From a virus: a stretch of 31,981 bases of DNA. Location: positions 1 through 31,981 of the IMG/VR virus record IMGVR_UViG_3300029947_000025. One strand, given 5' to 3'. A program made the translations under genes and the position numbers. Under the pieces are notes generated by a model. That model was not told the DNA's origin, ran no database searches, and saw only the letters and a list, made by a program, of their open reading frames with translations. Positions 17,461 to 26,404 of this stretch are shown in pieces (the first letter of the stretch is position 1; every line of letters begins with the position of its first letter).

Positions 17461-19695
17461 ATGGCACAGAACACATATACGGGCGAGTTCCTCGGCATAC
17501 ACGGGACGCGCTGGAAGATAGAGATTACGGGCGAGGGCGTGCCCGCCGAGGGCGGCACGCTGACCTTTGCGGCCGACCCCGCCGCCGAACTCGAATGGAA
17601 AGAGACCGAGCCGATAGACCCGGTATGCGGTGCGGCGCTGACGCTCCACCTCATAAGTGAGAGCGACAGACAATTCCTGCCGCTGTATACCACCAAGGTA
17701 GGCGCTGTCCGTTGCAACGTGTATCGCGACGGGGCGTACTACTGGACCGGCTGGCTTGATACCGAGCAGTACGAAGAGCCGTACAGCACGCTGAGCGGTT
17801 ACGAGGTGACACTGACATTTAGCGACTTCGCCGCACTAGAACGGCTGAAATGGGCTGTGCCACAAGGACGGATGTCGTTGCGCAATATTATCAATGCGTG
17901 TATTGACCGCATCCATATGCGCCCCGACCAGTCACAGCAATGCGTCACGCATATAGCCACTATGTGCGAAGGCAAGGTCATAGACCTGACTACGCTCGGT
18001 ATAGACTGCGCCAACTTCTACAACGAAGACGGCGAGGCGCAGACACTGTCGGACGTGCTCAAGGCCGTACTGCAGCCCTTCGCGCTGCGCATAGTACAGC
18101 GTAACGGCCGGATACACATATATGATCTGTGTTCCGTTTTGGACGAAGCAACGGATGCTATCATGGAGGGAAGCGCCAATGTCTACTGGGATGCCGACGA
18201 CCAAACCCTGAGTATGGGCAAGGTGTATAATAAGGCCACGGTGACATTTTCGCAATACGCCGAGATCAACCTTTTAGATGGGACCATCGATACCGACATC
18301 CTGCCCGATACCAGTGGGACGGGCGGATATAAATACATGACAGGCAACGATAAGAGGGCGCTGACCACCGACCCCGAAAAATCATTTTTGGACGGCTTTC
18401 GTCTATATATCGGCACGGATGGGACTTTTGCCGGACAACAAAACACATTAGGCATCACAGATGCGGGAGTGGCCAATCTGCCACTCAAGATGATAGAGCC
18501 GTCCTGTCGCTGGATGCGCATCAAAAGTATATACAGCGGTAGCGACTGTATGGGTATACTCGCCGGTGCGCTATCTAATGATGTCACCACGGGCACTACC
18601 GCCTATAAGTCCGACCTGTGGTCAGGCATGTCTTTTCAACAATGGGACGCCAAGACCAAGACTTCACACGACCTATTCTGCGTAACAGGCGCGTACATAT
18701 ACGGCCAGACGCAGCCGACACAGGCGCTGAAGCTGACAATGGATGTGCTTTTCGATGTGCGGTATAATCCCTTCGAGAGTGCCGCAGTAGAGAACGAGGA
18801 GGGCAACTGGGGGCGTTTCGAGCGCTGGCTCAATTTTGCGTATATCCCCGTGAAGCTCGAGATACTGGACGACAGTGGCAAGGTAATCGCGCACTATCAA
18901 GAGACTGTCGGCGCCGAAGATTATAAGCCCTCGGGCACATCATGGCAGCCGGGCGAGGCCAAGTATTCCGACTTCCGCCTGAGTTACTACGACTGGACCG
19001 ACCGAAAAAGCAAGACCGGTATGGGCGGATGGGCCACCAATAAGACCACCATAGGCTGTTATAAGAAAGACCTGCCCGCAAATTACGAAAAGCGCGGAAC
19101 GGGCGTAGTTGTCGAATGGCCGACATACTCGGGAATTCTTCGTCTGACCGTCTGCGGTGGCGTGTTCGCCAACACCGATACCGTGCCCGAGACAGGGCGC
19201 ACTAACGGAGATAACCGCGGTTGCATAGCTCGGTGGCTGGCGTACAAAGACCCGAAGATCGTAGCCGTGAACCTCAATGGCAAAGAGCCGGGGGACGACA
19301 TCACTGGCGATATAGTAACGGCTGCATGGCTCGACCGCAACGCCGCTGACGAGACTTCGGTAGATCTGACGGTAGGCGTGGCCAACACATCGCTGGCACG
19401 CGGAGGGCTGCGCGGATGCGCCTCCGGGCGCTTCACCCGCTACGGCCACAGCGGCACGTTGCAAGAGCTGCTGTGCGGCACGCTGTTTTCGCAACACGCG
19501 ACACCCTCGCTGGTGTTGACGGGGCAGGCAAGGCTGCGCCCCGAGTTCGGATGTGTGACGGACGCCAACGCGGGCACACGTGGCTTCCTCGCACTGTCCG
19601 AAGTACAAAACCTTCGCGCCGACACGGCTGACGTGAAGCTCGTAGAGGTACAGCCGGAAGATTACGAAAAACTCGAATATACGGACCACGATTAA
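17461..19695 (+). CDS. Tail tip/baseplate protein (distal tail / Tal-like; function by position only)
   Basis: 744-aa ORF immediately after the tape measure. Confidence 0.45.
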   Translation: MAQNTYTGEFLGIHGTRWKIEITGEGVPAEGGTLTFAADPAAELEWKETEPIDPVCGAALTLHLISESDRQFLPLYTTKVGAVRCNVYRDGAYYWTGWLDTEQYEEPYSTLSGYEVTLTFSDFAALERLKWAVPQGRMSLRNIINACIDRIHMRPDQSQQCVTHIATMCEGKVIDLTTLGIDCANFYNEDGEAQTLSDVLKAVLQPFALRIVQRNGRIHIYDLCSVLDEATDAIMEGSANVYWDADDQTLSMGKVYNKATVTFSQYAEINLLDGTIDTDILPDTSGTGGYKYMTGNDKRALTTDPEKSFLDGFRLYIGTDGTFAGQQNTLGITDAGVANLPLKMIEPSCRWMRIKSIYSGSDCMGILAGALSNDVTTGTTAYKSDLWSGMSFQQWDAKTKTSHDLFCVTGAYIYGQTQPTQALKLTMDVLFDVRYNPFESAAVENEEGNWGRFERWLNFAYIPVKLEILDDSGKVIAHYQETVGAEDYKPSGTSWQPGEAKYSDFRLSYYDWTDRKSKTGMGGWATNKTTIGCYKKDLPANYEKRGTGVVVEWPTYSGILRLTVCGGVFANTDTVPETGRTNGDNRGCIARWLAYKDPKIVAVNLNGKEPGDDITGDIVTAAWLDRNAADETSVDLTVGVANTSLARGGLRGCASGRFTRYGHSGTLQELLCGTLFSQHATPSLVLTGQARLRPEFGCVTDANAGTRGFLALSEVQNLRADTADVKLVEVQPEDYEKLEYTDHD

Positions 19696-19704
19696 CAAAA
19701 GGTT

Positions 19705-21183
19705 ATGGCAAAAAAAACGTACACAGTCAAGACATTTACGCAGACCGCGACACCGCGTGCAGCACGTCTGCGCGGTACAGCGGTGACAGTAGGCCGCACG
19801 GCTGGCGCGATAGTCGGCTCGGGTGACGGCCACAGCCACCCCAACAAGACATTTTTGGACACGTTAGGCGACGATATAGCCTCCACAGAGGACGGCGGCG
19901 CCGCCACACGGCGTATCAACCTCAGCGCCGACGGCAGCGCCTACATCGAGTACAACGCCGACACCGGCTGCCTGATGTGCAGCGTCCCGATAGCATCGCG
20001 TGGAGACGTAGCGGCTTTTAACGGGGGCGAAGTTCCCGGCGGAGGCACTTCGGGCGGCGGTGGCGGCAGCGACTACAACCGTCTGGACGCATGGACCGAC
20101 TACGACAGTACCAAGGCAGGGTATGTGCTGTCAGCACTGTTAGGCATTGACCTGAATACGCGTACCAAGACCAACGCCGATGCTATAGCGTCACTGACCG
20201 AGGCTATAGCCGCGCTGGCATCCACCGCGTGGGTCAAGACCCAACTTGCCGATTACTTCAAAAAAATGCCCGAATTAGCCGAGACCAACGCCCCCGTATT
20301 CGTCCTAACGCTCGGCGGCATTGATGGCACATATTCCGTCGAGGCGGTAGACCTGACCAGCCACCCCGTGCCTCTAGCCACAGCAGCCGACAGCGCCACC
20401 ACGGCCGACCACGCCACCGAGGCCGACCACGCCACTAAGGCCGACCACGCCACTAAGGCCGACCACGCCACTACCGCCGAGCATGCTGTTGAGGCCGACC
20501 ACGCCACCGAGGCCGACCACGCCACCGAGGCCGACCACGCCACCGAGGCCGACCACGCCACTAAGGCCGAGCGTGCTGTTGAGGCCGACCACGCCACCGA
20601 GGCCGACCACGCCACTAAGGCCGACGACGCTACTACCGCCGAGCATGCTGTTGAGGCCGACCACGCCACCGAGGCCGACCATGCCACAGCAGCCGACCAT
20701 GCCACAGCTGCCGATAGAACTACGGCGTTGGCAACCAAACGCAAGATCTACGGCCAAGATTTCGACGGTAGCGGCAATGTCGATGGCTGCCTCAAGCTGA
20801 CGGGCAAAAACAACGGTGCCGGTCTATGGAGTACCTCAGTCGATCTGCAGGTGGTATGCACGCAGTCTGCTGGAGTTATATATAAAGCCGGTACAAAGGC
20901 GTGGGGACAGTCCACTTTTCAGGACGGGAATACGTACTTCTGGGTGGAAGACGGAGATACTCAGACGCATATCGCAACGTACACTCCTGCTGCATCGCTA
21001 ATGTTATTCAAACCGCAACTGCGTGTGGATGGTGGTCTTATAATTTATGAGGGAGAAAAAATTTTCCTCAGCCATAACAAGACCGTATGGCTACGATATG
21101 ACGCGACACGTGGTGTTATCGTTGCCAATAAACCGATAGTAACAGCCGGAGACGTCACCGCCTTCGACACACAAGCCGAATAA
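19705..21183 (+). CDS. Tail fibre protein with a hexapeptide-repeat shaft
   Basis: Contains 19 x A-D-H-A-T-x repeats, a Gly-rich tract (GGGTSGGGGGS) and LATKRKIYGQDFDGSGNVDG, which resembles the short repeat context common in phage long tail fibres. Confidence 0.7.
   Translation: MAKKTYTVKTFTQTATPRAARLRGTAVTVGRTAGAIVGSGDGHSHPNKTFLDTLGDDIASTEDGGAATRRINLSADGSAYIEYNADTGCLMCSVPIASRGDVAAFNGGEVPGGGTSGGGGGSDYNRLDAWTDYDSTKAGYVLSALLGIDLNTRTKTNADAIASLTEAIAALASTAWVKTQLADYFKKMPELAETNAPVFVLTLGGIDGTYSVEAVDLTSHPVPLATAADSATTADHATEADHATKADHATKADHATTAEHAVEADHATEADHATEADHATEADHATKAERAVEADHATEADHATKADDATTAEHAVEADHATEADHATAADHATAADRTTALATKRKIYGQDFDGSGNVDGCLKLTGKNNGAGLWSTSVDLQVVCTQSAGVIYKAGTKAWGQSTFQDGNTYFWVEDGDTQTHIATYTPAASLMLFKPQLRVDGGLIIYEGEKIFLSHNKTVWLRYDATRGVIVANKPIVTAGDVTAFDTQAE
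20386..20727 (+). repeat. 18-bp tandem repeat, 19 units (GCCGACCACGCCACYRAG consensus)
   Basis: Codon-aligned units read ADSATT, ADHATE, ADHATK x2, ADHATT, AEHAVE, ADHATE x3, ADHATK, AERAVE, ADHATE, ADHATK, ADDATT, AEHAVE, ADHATE, ADHATA x2, ADRTTA. Confidence 0.95.
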
Positions 21184-21187
21184 GATT

Positions 21188-22435
21188 ATGATTACGATAA
21201 CACAAGCCGCCAACCTTTTAGGCGAAAATACGCACAGCCTCAAAGCGTTATGCACATCCTCGAATATTAATAAATGGAGCGTGCGCAAACCAATAGCACA
21301 CTCGAAAGTCGCCGACCTGACGGATGCCGAAGTACTGGCAGCCGATGCCGGAATGGTCTTTGGACAAAACCTGTACATATCTTGCTACTTCAGTGGATAC
21401 AGGTTAATGACCTTACTGAAAAAAGGAGAGGACTGGACCTACACACCACCTACAGGCGCGTACCCGGGACAGCCCTGGCGACTGGGTGACTTCCGCGGCT
21501 ACGTCCACCGCGCCGGCGCATGGATGACCGCACAGCTGGACGGAGACATCACCTTTGACGAACTCAGCCGCACCATCCGCTTTACTTTCGGAGGAGCAGA
21601 CAGCATACAGGGGGAGACCGGCACGGAGGCGCTATCATGGCGCCAATGCGCCACATGGCGTGACTGCTACCCTTGCGTGTGCATCTTCGACAGCGCCGGC
21701 GACCTATACACCTACATCACCGGCGAACAGACCATAGGCACAGCCGCCGCCGACTTGACACTGACCTTCGGCACAGGCGGCATCACCTTAGTCAAAAATA
21801 AAAAGTATACATATCTGAAATGCGCCTGCACGGTGAAGCATACATCCATGACAGCCGTTACCGAGGGGACGCCCACCTTTGCCGCTATACCCTGCCAAGG
21901 CAAGGCCTACGGCTCACTGGTATACGCCGAGGCAGTCGTGTCGCTTACGGCCACAATTACGGGGCTGGCCACAGGCACGTCTGTACCAACGGCATGGACC
22001 TCGCCGGCGGCTTTTACCGGCATCGAGGAGGTAGGTCAAGAGCCTGACCGCTTCGCCCTATCCGCGGGCACGCTATGGCTGCGCGTAGTACTCGACAGCA
22101 CGCAGTCCAATACGGGCTACACCATCAATGCGCTTACGGCCATAGCCTCGGCCACACTCGCCGGTGCTTACAACGCCACAGGCGCGGCCACACTCTATTC
22201 CGTAGCCGCCGATGGTACACTCACGGCCAAACCCTCGGCCGGCATCACCATACCGGCGAAGAGCTGTAAGACAATCGCGCTGGCGCTCGGCTACCTCATG
22301 GGCACAGACCCGAACGGGTCGGCCGGCCCCGTCACCGACACCTCGGCCACCTGCGCTACGACCTTCCGTCTGCGCTTCGGCGACGGCTCGACACTGTCGG
22401 CCTCCCCCGGATATATCCGTTTCAAAGTTAAATAA
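21188..22435 (+). CDS. Hypothetical protein (possibly tail-fibre-associated / receptor-binding, by position)
   Basis: 415-aa ORF following the fibre gene. Thr/Ala/Gly-rich C-terminal half. No motif recognised. Confidence 0.35.
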   Translation: MITITQAANLLGENTHSLKALCTSSNINKWSVRKPIAHSKVADLTDAEVLAADAGMVFGQNLYISCYFSGYRLMTLLKKGEDWTYTPPTGAYPGQPWRLGDFRGYVHRAGAWMTAQLDGDITFDELSRTIRFTFGGADSIQGETGTEALSWRQCATWRDCYPCVCIFDSAGDLYTYITGEQTIGTAAADLTLTFGTGGITLVKNKKYTYLKCACTVKHTSMTAVTEGTPTFAAIPCQGKAYGSLVYAEAVVSLTATITGLATGTSVPTAWTSPAAFTGIEEVGQEPDRFALSAGTLWLRVVLDSTQSNTGYTINALTAIASATLAGAYNATGAATLYSVAADGTLTAKPSAGITIPAKSCKTIALALGYLMGTDPNGSAGPVTDTSATCATTFRLRFGDGSTLSASPGYIRFKVK

Positions 22436-22457
22436 CATCTAAAAAAAATAAACGATT

Positions 22458-22727
22458 ATGACACAAACAATCCTTACAACATCCTATCGCATCACGCGCA
22501 CCATCGGCGACTACAACGTCACTGCCGATGCCACCTATGGCGCGAACGGTGCACTGGTCACACTCGCCGGAGGCTACATCACTACCGCCGAGGGGGCGAA
22601 TATGCCCATAGCCGCCTTCGACGGCTTCGGCGCATCCTTATCCATCTACTACAACACCACCGACAACCGCGCCGCCATTCTCGGCACCATCGAAGTATTT
22701 ATCAACGCGATACAGACACAGCCATGA
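22458..22727 (+). CDS. Hypothetical protein
   Basis: 89-aa ORF, tightly spaced, overlapping the holin start. Confidence 0.4.
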   Translation: MTQTILTTSYRITRTIGDYNVTADATYGANGALVTLAGGYITTAEGANMPIAAFDGFGASLSIYYNTTDNRAAILGTIEVFINAIQTQP

Positions 22728-23212
22728 CCATTACACACATTTTCCGCTGGGCGTTTGCCGGCATAGGTGCAGCGCTCGCCATCCTCGAGCCGACACTGCC
22801 GTATTTGTTGATATGCACGCTCGTAATTTTCGCCGATTGTTACACTGCGTGGAGCCTGGGCAAACGTGTGGCCAAGGCGCACCCCGAGAAGTCCACCAAG
22901 GATGGCCATAAGTTCCAGAGCCACCACTTCGGCCACGTGCTGCTGACGTTGATAAAAAGCTACGCACTCATTATCATGGCCTATTTGATAGACCGCCACA
23001 TCACCGACAGCATCCCCATAGACCTGACCAAGGTAGCCGCAGGCGCTATATGTTTTTGGCAGATTTGGTCAATTCTCGAAAACGAGAGCAGCTGCAACGG
23101 CGCACGTTGGGCAAAAGTGGCACAGAAAATCCTTGTTGACAAGACCGCCCGACACTTCGATATTGACCTCGGCGGCTTAGATACTGATAATCAAAACAAT
23201 AACACAAAATGA
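22724..23212 (+). CDS. Holin (Phage_holin_4_1 / LL-H-like)
   Basis: Several hydrophobic helices (FAGIGAALAIL, YLLICTLVIFADCY, ALIIMAYLI, AAGAICFWQIW) and the family-typical WSILENES motif. Directly upstream of the endolysin with an ATGA overlap. Confidence 0.7.
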   Translation: MTITHIFRWAFAGIGAALAILEPTLPYLLICTLVIFADCYTAWSLGKRVAKAHPEKSTKDGHKFQSHHFGHVLLTLIKSYALIIMAYLIDRHITDSIPIDLTKVAAGAICFWQIWSILENESSCNGARWAKVAQKILVDKTARHFDIDLGGLDTDNQNNNTK

Positions 23213-23610
23213 AATACTTCACTATCCCAGAGCTGACGCGTAGCGCCACCGCCGCACGCCTGCACATCGACAACACCCCCGACCGCGACCAAGTACGCTG
23301 TCTCGAATTATTAGTGAACAATGTGCTCGACCCTCTGCGTGCCCGCTACGGACGCCCTATCTACGTCACCAGCGGATACCGCTGTCGCCGCCTCAATGAC
23401 GCCGTCGGCGGGGCTTACAACAGCCAGCATATGCTCGGCCAAGCCGCCGACATCACCGTGGGCAGCCCCGACGATAATCGACAACTCTACAGCCTTATCC
23501 GACAGATGCGCCTACCCTTCGACCAGCTTATCGACGAACACGGTATGCAGTGGATACATGTCTCCTACGGACCGCGACATCGCCGTCAGGCTTTTGCCAT
23601 CAAACGCTGA
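23209..23610 (+). CDS. Endolysin, peptidase M15 (VanY-like zinc peptidase)
   Basis: SQHMLGQAAD (H-x6-D) and C-terminal WIHVS His. TSGYRC motif. 133 aa. Confidence 0.8.
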   Translation: MKYFTIPELTRSATAARLHIDNTPDRDQVRCLELLVNNVLDPLRARYGRPIYVTSGYRCRRLNDAVGGAYNSQHMLGQAADITVGSPDDNRQLYSLIRQMRLPFDQLIDEHGMQWIHVSYGPRHRRQAFAIKR

Positions 23611-24011
23611 TGCCCATGCAACCGAAACACATCCTATTATGCGCGTGCGCGTGCGTCTGTGCGTGCGCATGCACGCGTACGATATATTTGCCCACCGAGA
23701 CCGTACGCACCGAATATCGCGCCGATACGCGCATCATACGCGACACCCTGCGCACCTCCGATACCATCCGCATCGACCGCGCCGCCGACACCGTCCGCAT
23801 CGACCGCACACACTGGCGCACACGCACCATACATGCCACCGACACCGTCATCCGCGCCGTCACCGACACCGTCCGCGTCAGCGTCTCCGTACCGCGCGAG
23901 CTGACATCCGCACAACGCCGATGGATAGTCCTGGGCAAAATCGCCCTCGGCCTACTGGCCGGTGCCCTATTAGCCGTTGGCATTTGGCTTTATCGCCGCA
24001 TCCGCCGCTGA
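23610..24011 (+). CDS. Unimolecular spanin-like protein (N-terminal Cys-rich signal/lipobox-like segment plus C-terminal TM anchor)
   Basis: The ATG overlaps the endolysin stop (TGATG). N-terminus MPMQPKHILLCACACVCACACT. C-terminus RRWIVLGKIALGLLAGALLAVGIWLYRRIRR. The middle is Arg/Thr/Asp-rich and beta-like, with DT[IV]RIDR repeats. Confidence 0.5.
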   Translation: MPMQPKHILLCACACVCACACTRTIYLPTETVRTEYRADTRIIRDTLRTSDTIRIDRAADTVRIDRTHWRTRTIHATDTVIRAVTDTVRVSVSVPRELTSAQRRWIVLGKIALGLLAGALLAVGIWLYRRIRR

Positions 24012-24054
24012 AAGGTTAAATAAAGTTAATACTTGAAATATTTCGTTGTATTAT

Positions 24055-24085
24055 TTTGCAACATCAAAAAAAGTCGCTAACTTTG
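24055..24085 (+). promoter_or_regulatory. Bacteroidota-type promoter (-33 TTTG / -7 TAnnTTTG)
   Basis: TTTG at 24055-24058, a 19-nt spacer, then TAACTTTG at 24078-24085. It lies ~60 nt upstream of the ATG at 24146. Confidence 0.55.
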
Positions 24086-24145
24086 CAGTGTAAACAATAA
24101 CCAATAGAGCCGGGGCGCCACCGGATAAAAAACGGCACAAGAATT

Positions 24146-24847
24146 ATGAAAACTGCTTATGTTATTGACATCGCACCAACCACCTACAACGACCAGTATT
24201 ACGAAATCAACTACCCGGCCAATGTCTACGAGACTGAAGCCGAGGCGCTCAAGGCGTTGGAAGCCTACAACGTCAACAACTGCCGTGACTGCTTCTGCAA
24301 TTATGAGGATGAGGACGATTTCCTCAAGGTGTGGGTATCGGTCGCCCGTTGCGACTACGACCCCGAGGATATCGATGGCGAACCGGATGCCGGTGCGCTG
24401 CTCTCGGAGTCGGAGAAAATCACTAATGTATACACGAAGGAGTTCGTGCTCGGTGCTGACGAGGAGTGGTACGATGACAATCGCGGTGATGAATGCCGCT
24501 TCGGCGCTCACCCCTTTACCGATGCCGAAATCAAAGAGGGCAAAGGCGCGTCTATGACGCTGACCGATGCCGCCGGCAAGGTCATCAAGGCTGAAACCTA
24601 TACTCGGAAGCCCGGTTACTCGACTTGGTCAACGGCCATCGGGCGCGTCACTCGCAAGGCTGTAGGCTCGGCCATCGCTCGCGCTCGCAATGCCGCAGGG
24701 CTTTCTGTTCGCGACCTCGCCGACCGCTGCGGTCTTGATGCCGGTCATCTCTGCCGTATCGAAAACGGACGCATGAATGTGACCATCGACACGGTCGCCA
24801 AAATCTGCGAAGCGCTCGGTCTGCGTCTTGAAGCAATACACGAATAG
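24146..24847 (+). CDS. Accessory protein: acidic N-terminal domain of unknown function plus C-terminal XRE-family HTH
   Basis: C-terminus reads AIARARNAAGLSVRDLADRCGLDAGHLCRIENGRMNVTIDTVAKICEALGL, a classic XRE HTH. It has its own promoter and terminator and lies between the lysis cassette and int. Confidence 0.6.
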   Translation: MKTAYVIDIAPTTYNDQYYEINYPANVYETEAEALKALEAYNVNNCRDCFCNYEDEDDFLKVWVSVARCDYDPEDIDGEPDAGALLSESEKITNVYTKEFVLGADEEWYDDNRGDECRFGAHPFTDAEIKEGKGASMTLTDAAGKVIKAETYTRKPGYSTWSTAIGRVTRKAVGSAIARARNAAGLSVRDLADRCGLDAGHLCRIENGRMNVTIDTVAKICEALGLRLEAIHE

Positions 24848-24863
24848 ACATATCGACACACAC

Positions 24864-24913
24864 GATAGGCGTCCGCTGTAGTTGTGAGACTATAGCGGAC
24901 GCCTATCTTTTTT
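24864..24913 (+). terminator. Rho-independent terminator (between convergent XRE-domain gene and int)
   Basis: GATAGGCGTCCGCTGTAG 24864-24881 pairs with CTATAGCGGACGCCTATC 24890-24907 (one mismatch) and is followed by T6 at 24908-24913. Confidence 0.8.
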
Positions 24914-24931
24914 CCGATGGCGTGGATATGC

Positions 24932-26149
24932 TCACCGCTTACCGTACAGCACCCAGTCGAGCACTCGCCGATTGGCATCATCCACTTTCGATAAATCGAA
25001 ATCGATATATATATCCGTCACCGTATTACCACCATGCCCCAGCGCGTGCGCAATCGTGTCACGCGGTATGTCCAGAGACGCCGCAATCGTAGCCCACGTG
25101 TGCCGCGCCCAGTAAGTTGTCAGACCCGGAAATGCTGCCGTCACCGTTTTCTTGCCACCAAGCCCGTGTCGCTCGCACTCCCCTATCGACTGCAGACCCC
25201 GGTTGCAACGCTTGAGGTAGTCGCGATAATCCCCGTAACGCTCCGACACATCCAGCAGATACTCCCGACCATGATATTTGTCGATAATGTCGGCCGCCTC
25301 CGGCTCCACCCTTATAGAGTACAGCCTATGCGTCTTCGCCCGATTATACTCCACACGCCCTTCCGTCGTTACACCGCGAAGTCCGCACATATCTACCATA
25401 TTGATACCGCACAGCATGAACGACAGCAGCCACATATCGCGATGACGCACCTGCCAGTCTTCCACCGGATACTCCATGAACTCTCGCAACCTTTCTGCCG
25501 ACAGTGACCGCTTTGGCGTTGCAACCGGGCGGATCTTGAAACGCCTAAACGGATACACCGACGTCACTTCCTCATCCAGCGCTCGATTGAACACCGCGCG
25601 AATATTCCGCAGATGGATATTCCGCGCATTCTTACTCTCAGACTGCGCCAGAAACGCCTCGAAGCGTGTCAGCCAATTATAGTCAATATCCTCAAACGAT
25701 AGCGCCTCACACCCCTGCGGATCATACGCGCGGATGCGTGCCGCCGTCTGCGCATACAGCCCCTGCGTCCCACGGCTCAGGCCATAAGCGTACGCCTCAA
25801 GCGCCGGCATAAACGTACCCTCAACACCACCGCGTCCCAGTGCTCGCTCAACCGCACGCACACACATCTCCATCGAGGCCGACGGCACCTTTGCCAAAGC
25901 GCGTACAGCGTCATCCACCGCCTCGAAATACTGATCGAGTAGCAGATTTGTCTGCCGAGCATAGCGCCAGCGCCTATCCACATGCGCCGTACGCGCATCC
26001 CATACATCCGGTGGGATAGACAAATCCAAAGGGATGAACACACGACGCCCTTCATGACTGAGGGCGATTTTCAGACACGCGTTGCCGTCGGCGCGAAGCC
26101 GTCGGCTGTCAAGATAAAAAGTGAAAGAAGCCATAATAAAAATTGCCAC
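24932..26149 (-). CDS. int: Tyrosine recombinase / phage integrase (Bacteroidota-type N-terminal arm-binding domain)
   Basis: C-terminal catalytic box ARHTWATIAA...IAHALGHGGNTVTDIYI. N-terminus SFTFYLDSRRLRADGNACLKIALSHEGRR is typical of Bacteroidetes integrases. Adjacent to a tRNA-fragment attP. The start could be the ATG at 26134. Confidence 0.85.
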   Translation of the reverse strand: MAIFIMASFTFYLDSRRLRADGNACLKIALSHEGRRVFIPLDLSIPPDVWDARTAHVDRRWRYARQTNLLLDQYFEAVDDAVRALAKVPSASMEMCVRAVERALGRGGVEGTFMPALEAYAYGLSRGTQGLYAQTAARIRAYDPQGCEALSFEDIDYNWLTRFEAFLAQSESKNARNIHLRNIRAVFNRALDEEVTSVYPFRRFKIRPVATPKRSLSAERLREFMEYPVEDWQVRHRDMWLLSFMLCGINMVDMCGLRGVTTEGRVEYNRAKTHRLYSIRVEPEAADIIDKYHGREYLLDVSERYGDYRDYLKRCNRGLQSIGECERHGLGGKKTVTAAFPGLTTYWARHTWATIAASLDIPRDTIAHALGHGGNTVTDIYIDFDLSKVDDANRRVLDWVLYGKR

Positions 26150-26233
26150 AATCGTGCACCTGAACCGGTGAGATATTTCAACATCTCCGCCGTTGGCGTT
26201 AACATTTTTTCACCACACAAACGCGCAACGGAT

Positions 26234-26252
26234 ATGCGTCAGAATGCGTCAG
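26234..26252. repeat. Tandem ATGCGTCAG repeats (candidate integrase arm-type sites)
   Basis: ATGCGTCAG at 26234-26242 and 26244-26252, between int and the tRNA-derived core. Confidence 0.35.
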
Positions 26253-26357
26253 TTTTGTGCACAACTTGTGTTTTTTTTAATGGCATTAGCCCGAAAAATA
26301 GCTCCAACACTAAATTTCTTCGCCTGTAAGCATTTGTTTTTCAATCTCTTACGTGTG

Positions 26358-26404
26358 AGCGGTAGACGGGGTTCGAACCCGCGACCCTCAGCTTGGGAAG
26401 CTAT
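26358..26404 (-). other. attP core: 3' portion of tRNA-Gly(CCC) (anticodon arm to discriminator); not a complete tRNA
   Basis: The minus strand reads AUAGC-UUCCCAA-GCUGA-GGGUC-GCGGG-UUCGAAC-CCCGU-CUACCGC-U. That is an anticodon loop with CCC, a T-arm, the acceptor 3' strand and the U73 typical of bacterial tRNA-Gly. No matching 5' acceptor strand or D-arm lies upstream. Confidence 0.75.

Noticed and set aside
20253-20800. Long ORFs in other frames or on the other strand across the fibre repeat (20253..20744 -, 20374..20757 -, 20483..20800 +; the last encodes a PTTPPR-type repeat)
   Set aside because: They consist almost entirely of translated 18-bp repeat units. They are open only because the repeat lacks stops in several frames. 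The + frame of the 492-aa fibre gene is continuous with non-repetitive flanks.
23321-24019. 232-aa + strand ORF in an alternative frame across the endolysin and spanin genes, plus 23600..23983 (-)
   Set aside because: Its His/Arg/Pro/Thr-rich repetitive translation comes from the same DNA repeats. The endolysin frame (M15 motifs) and the signal-plus-TM frame are far more protein-like.
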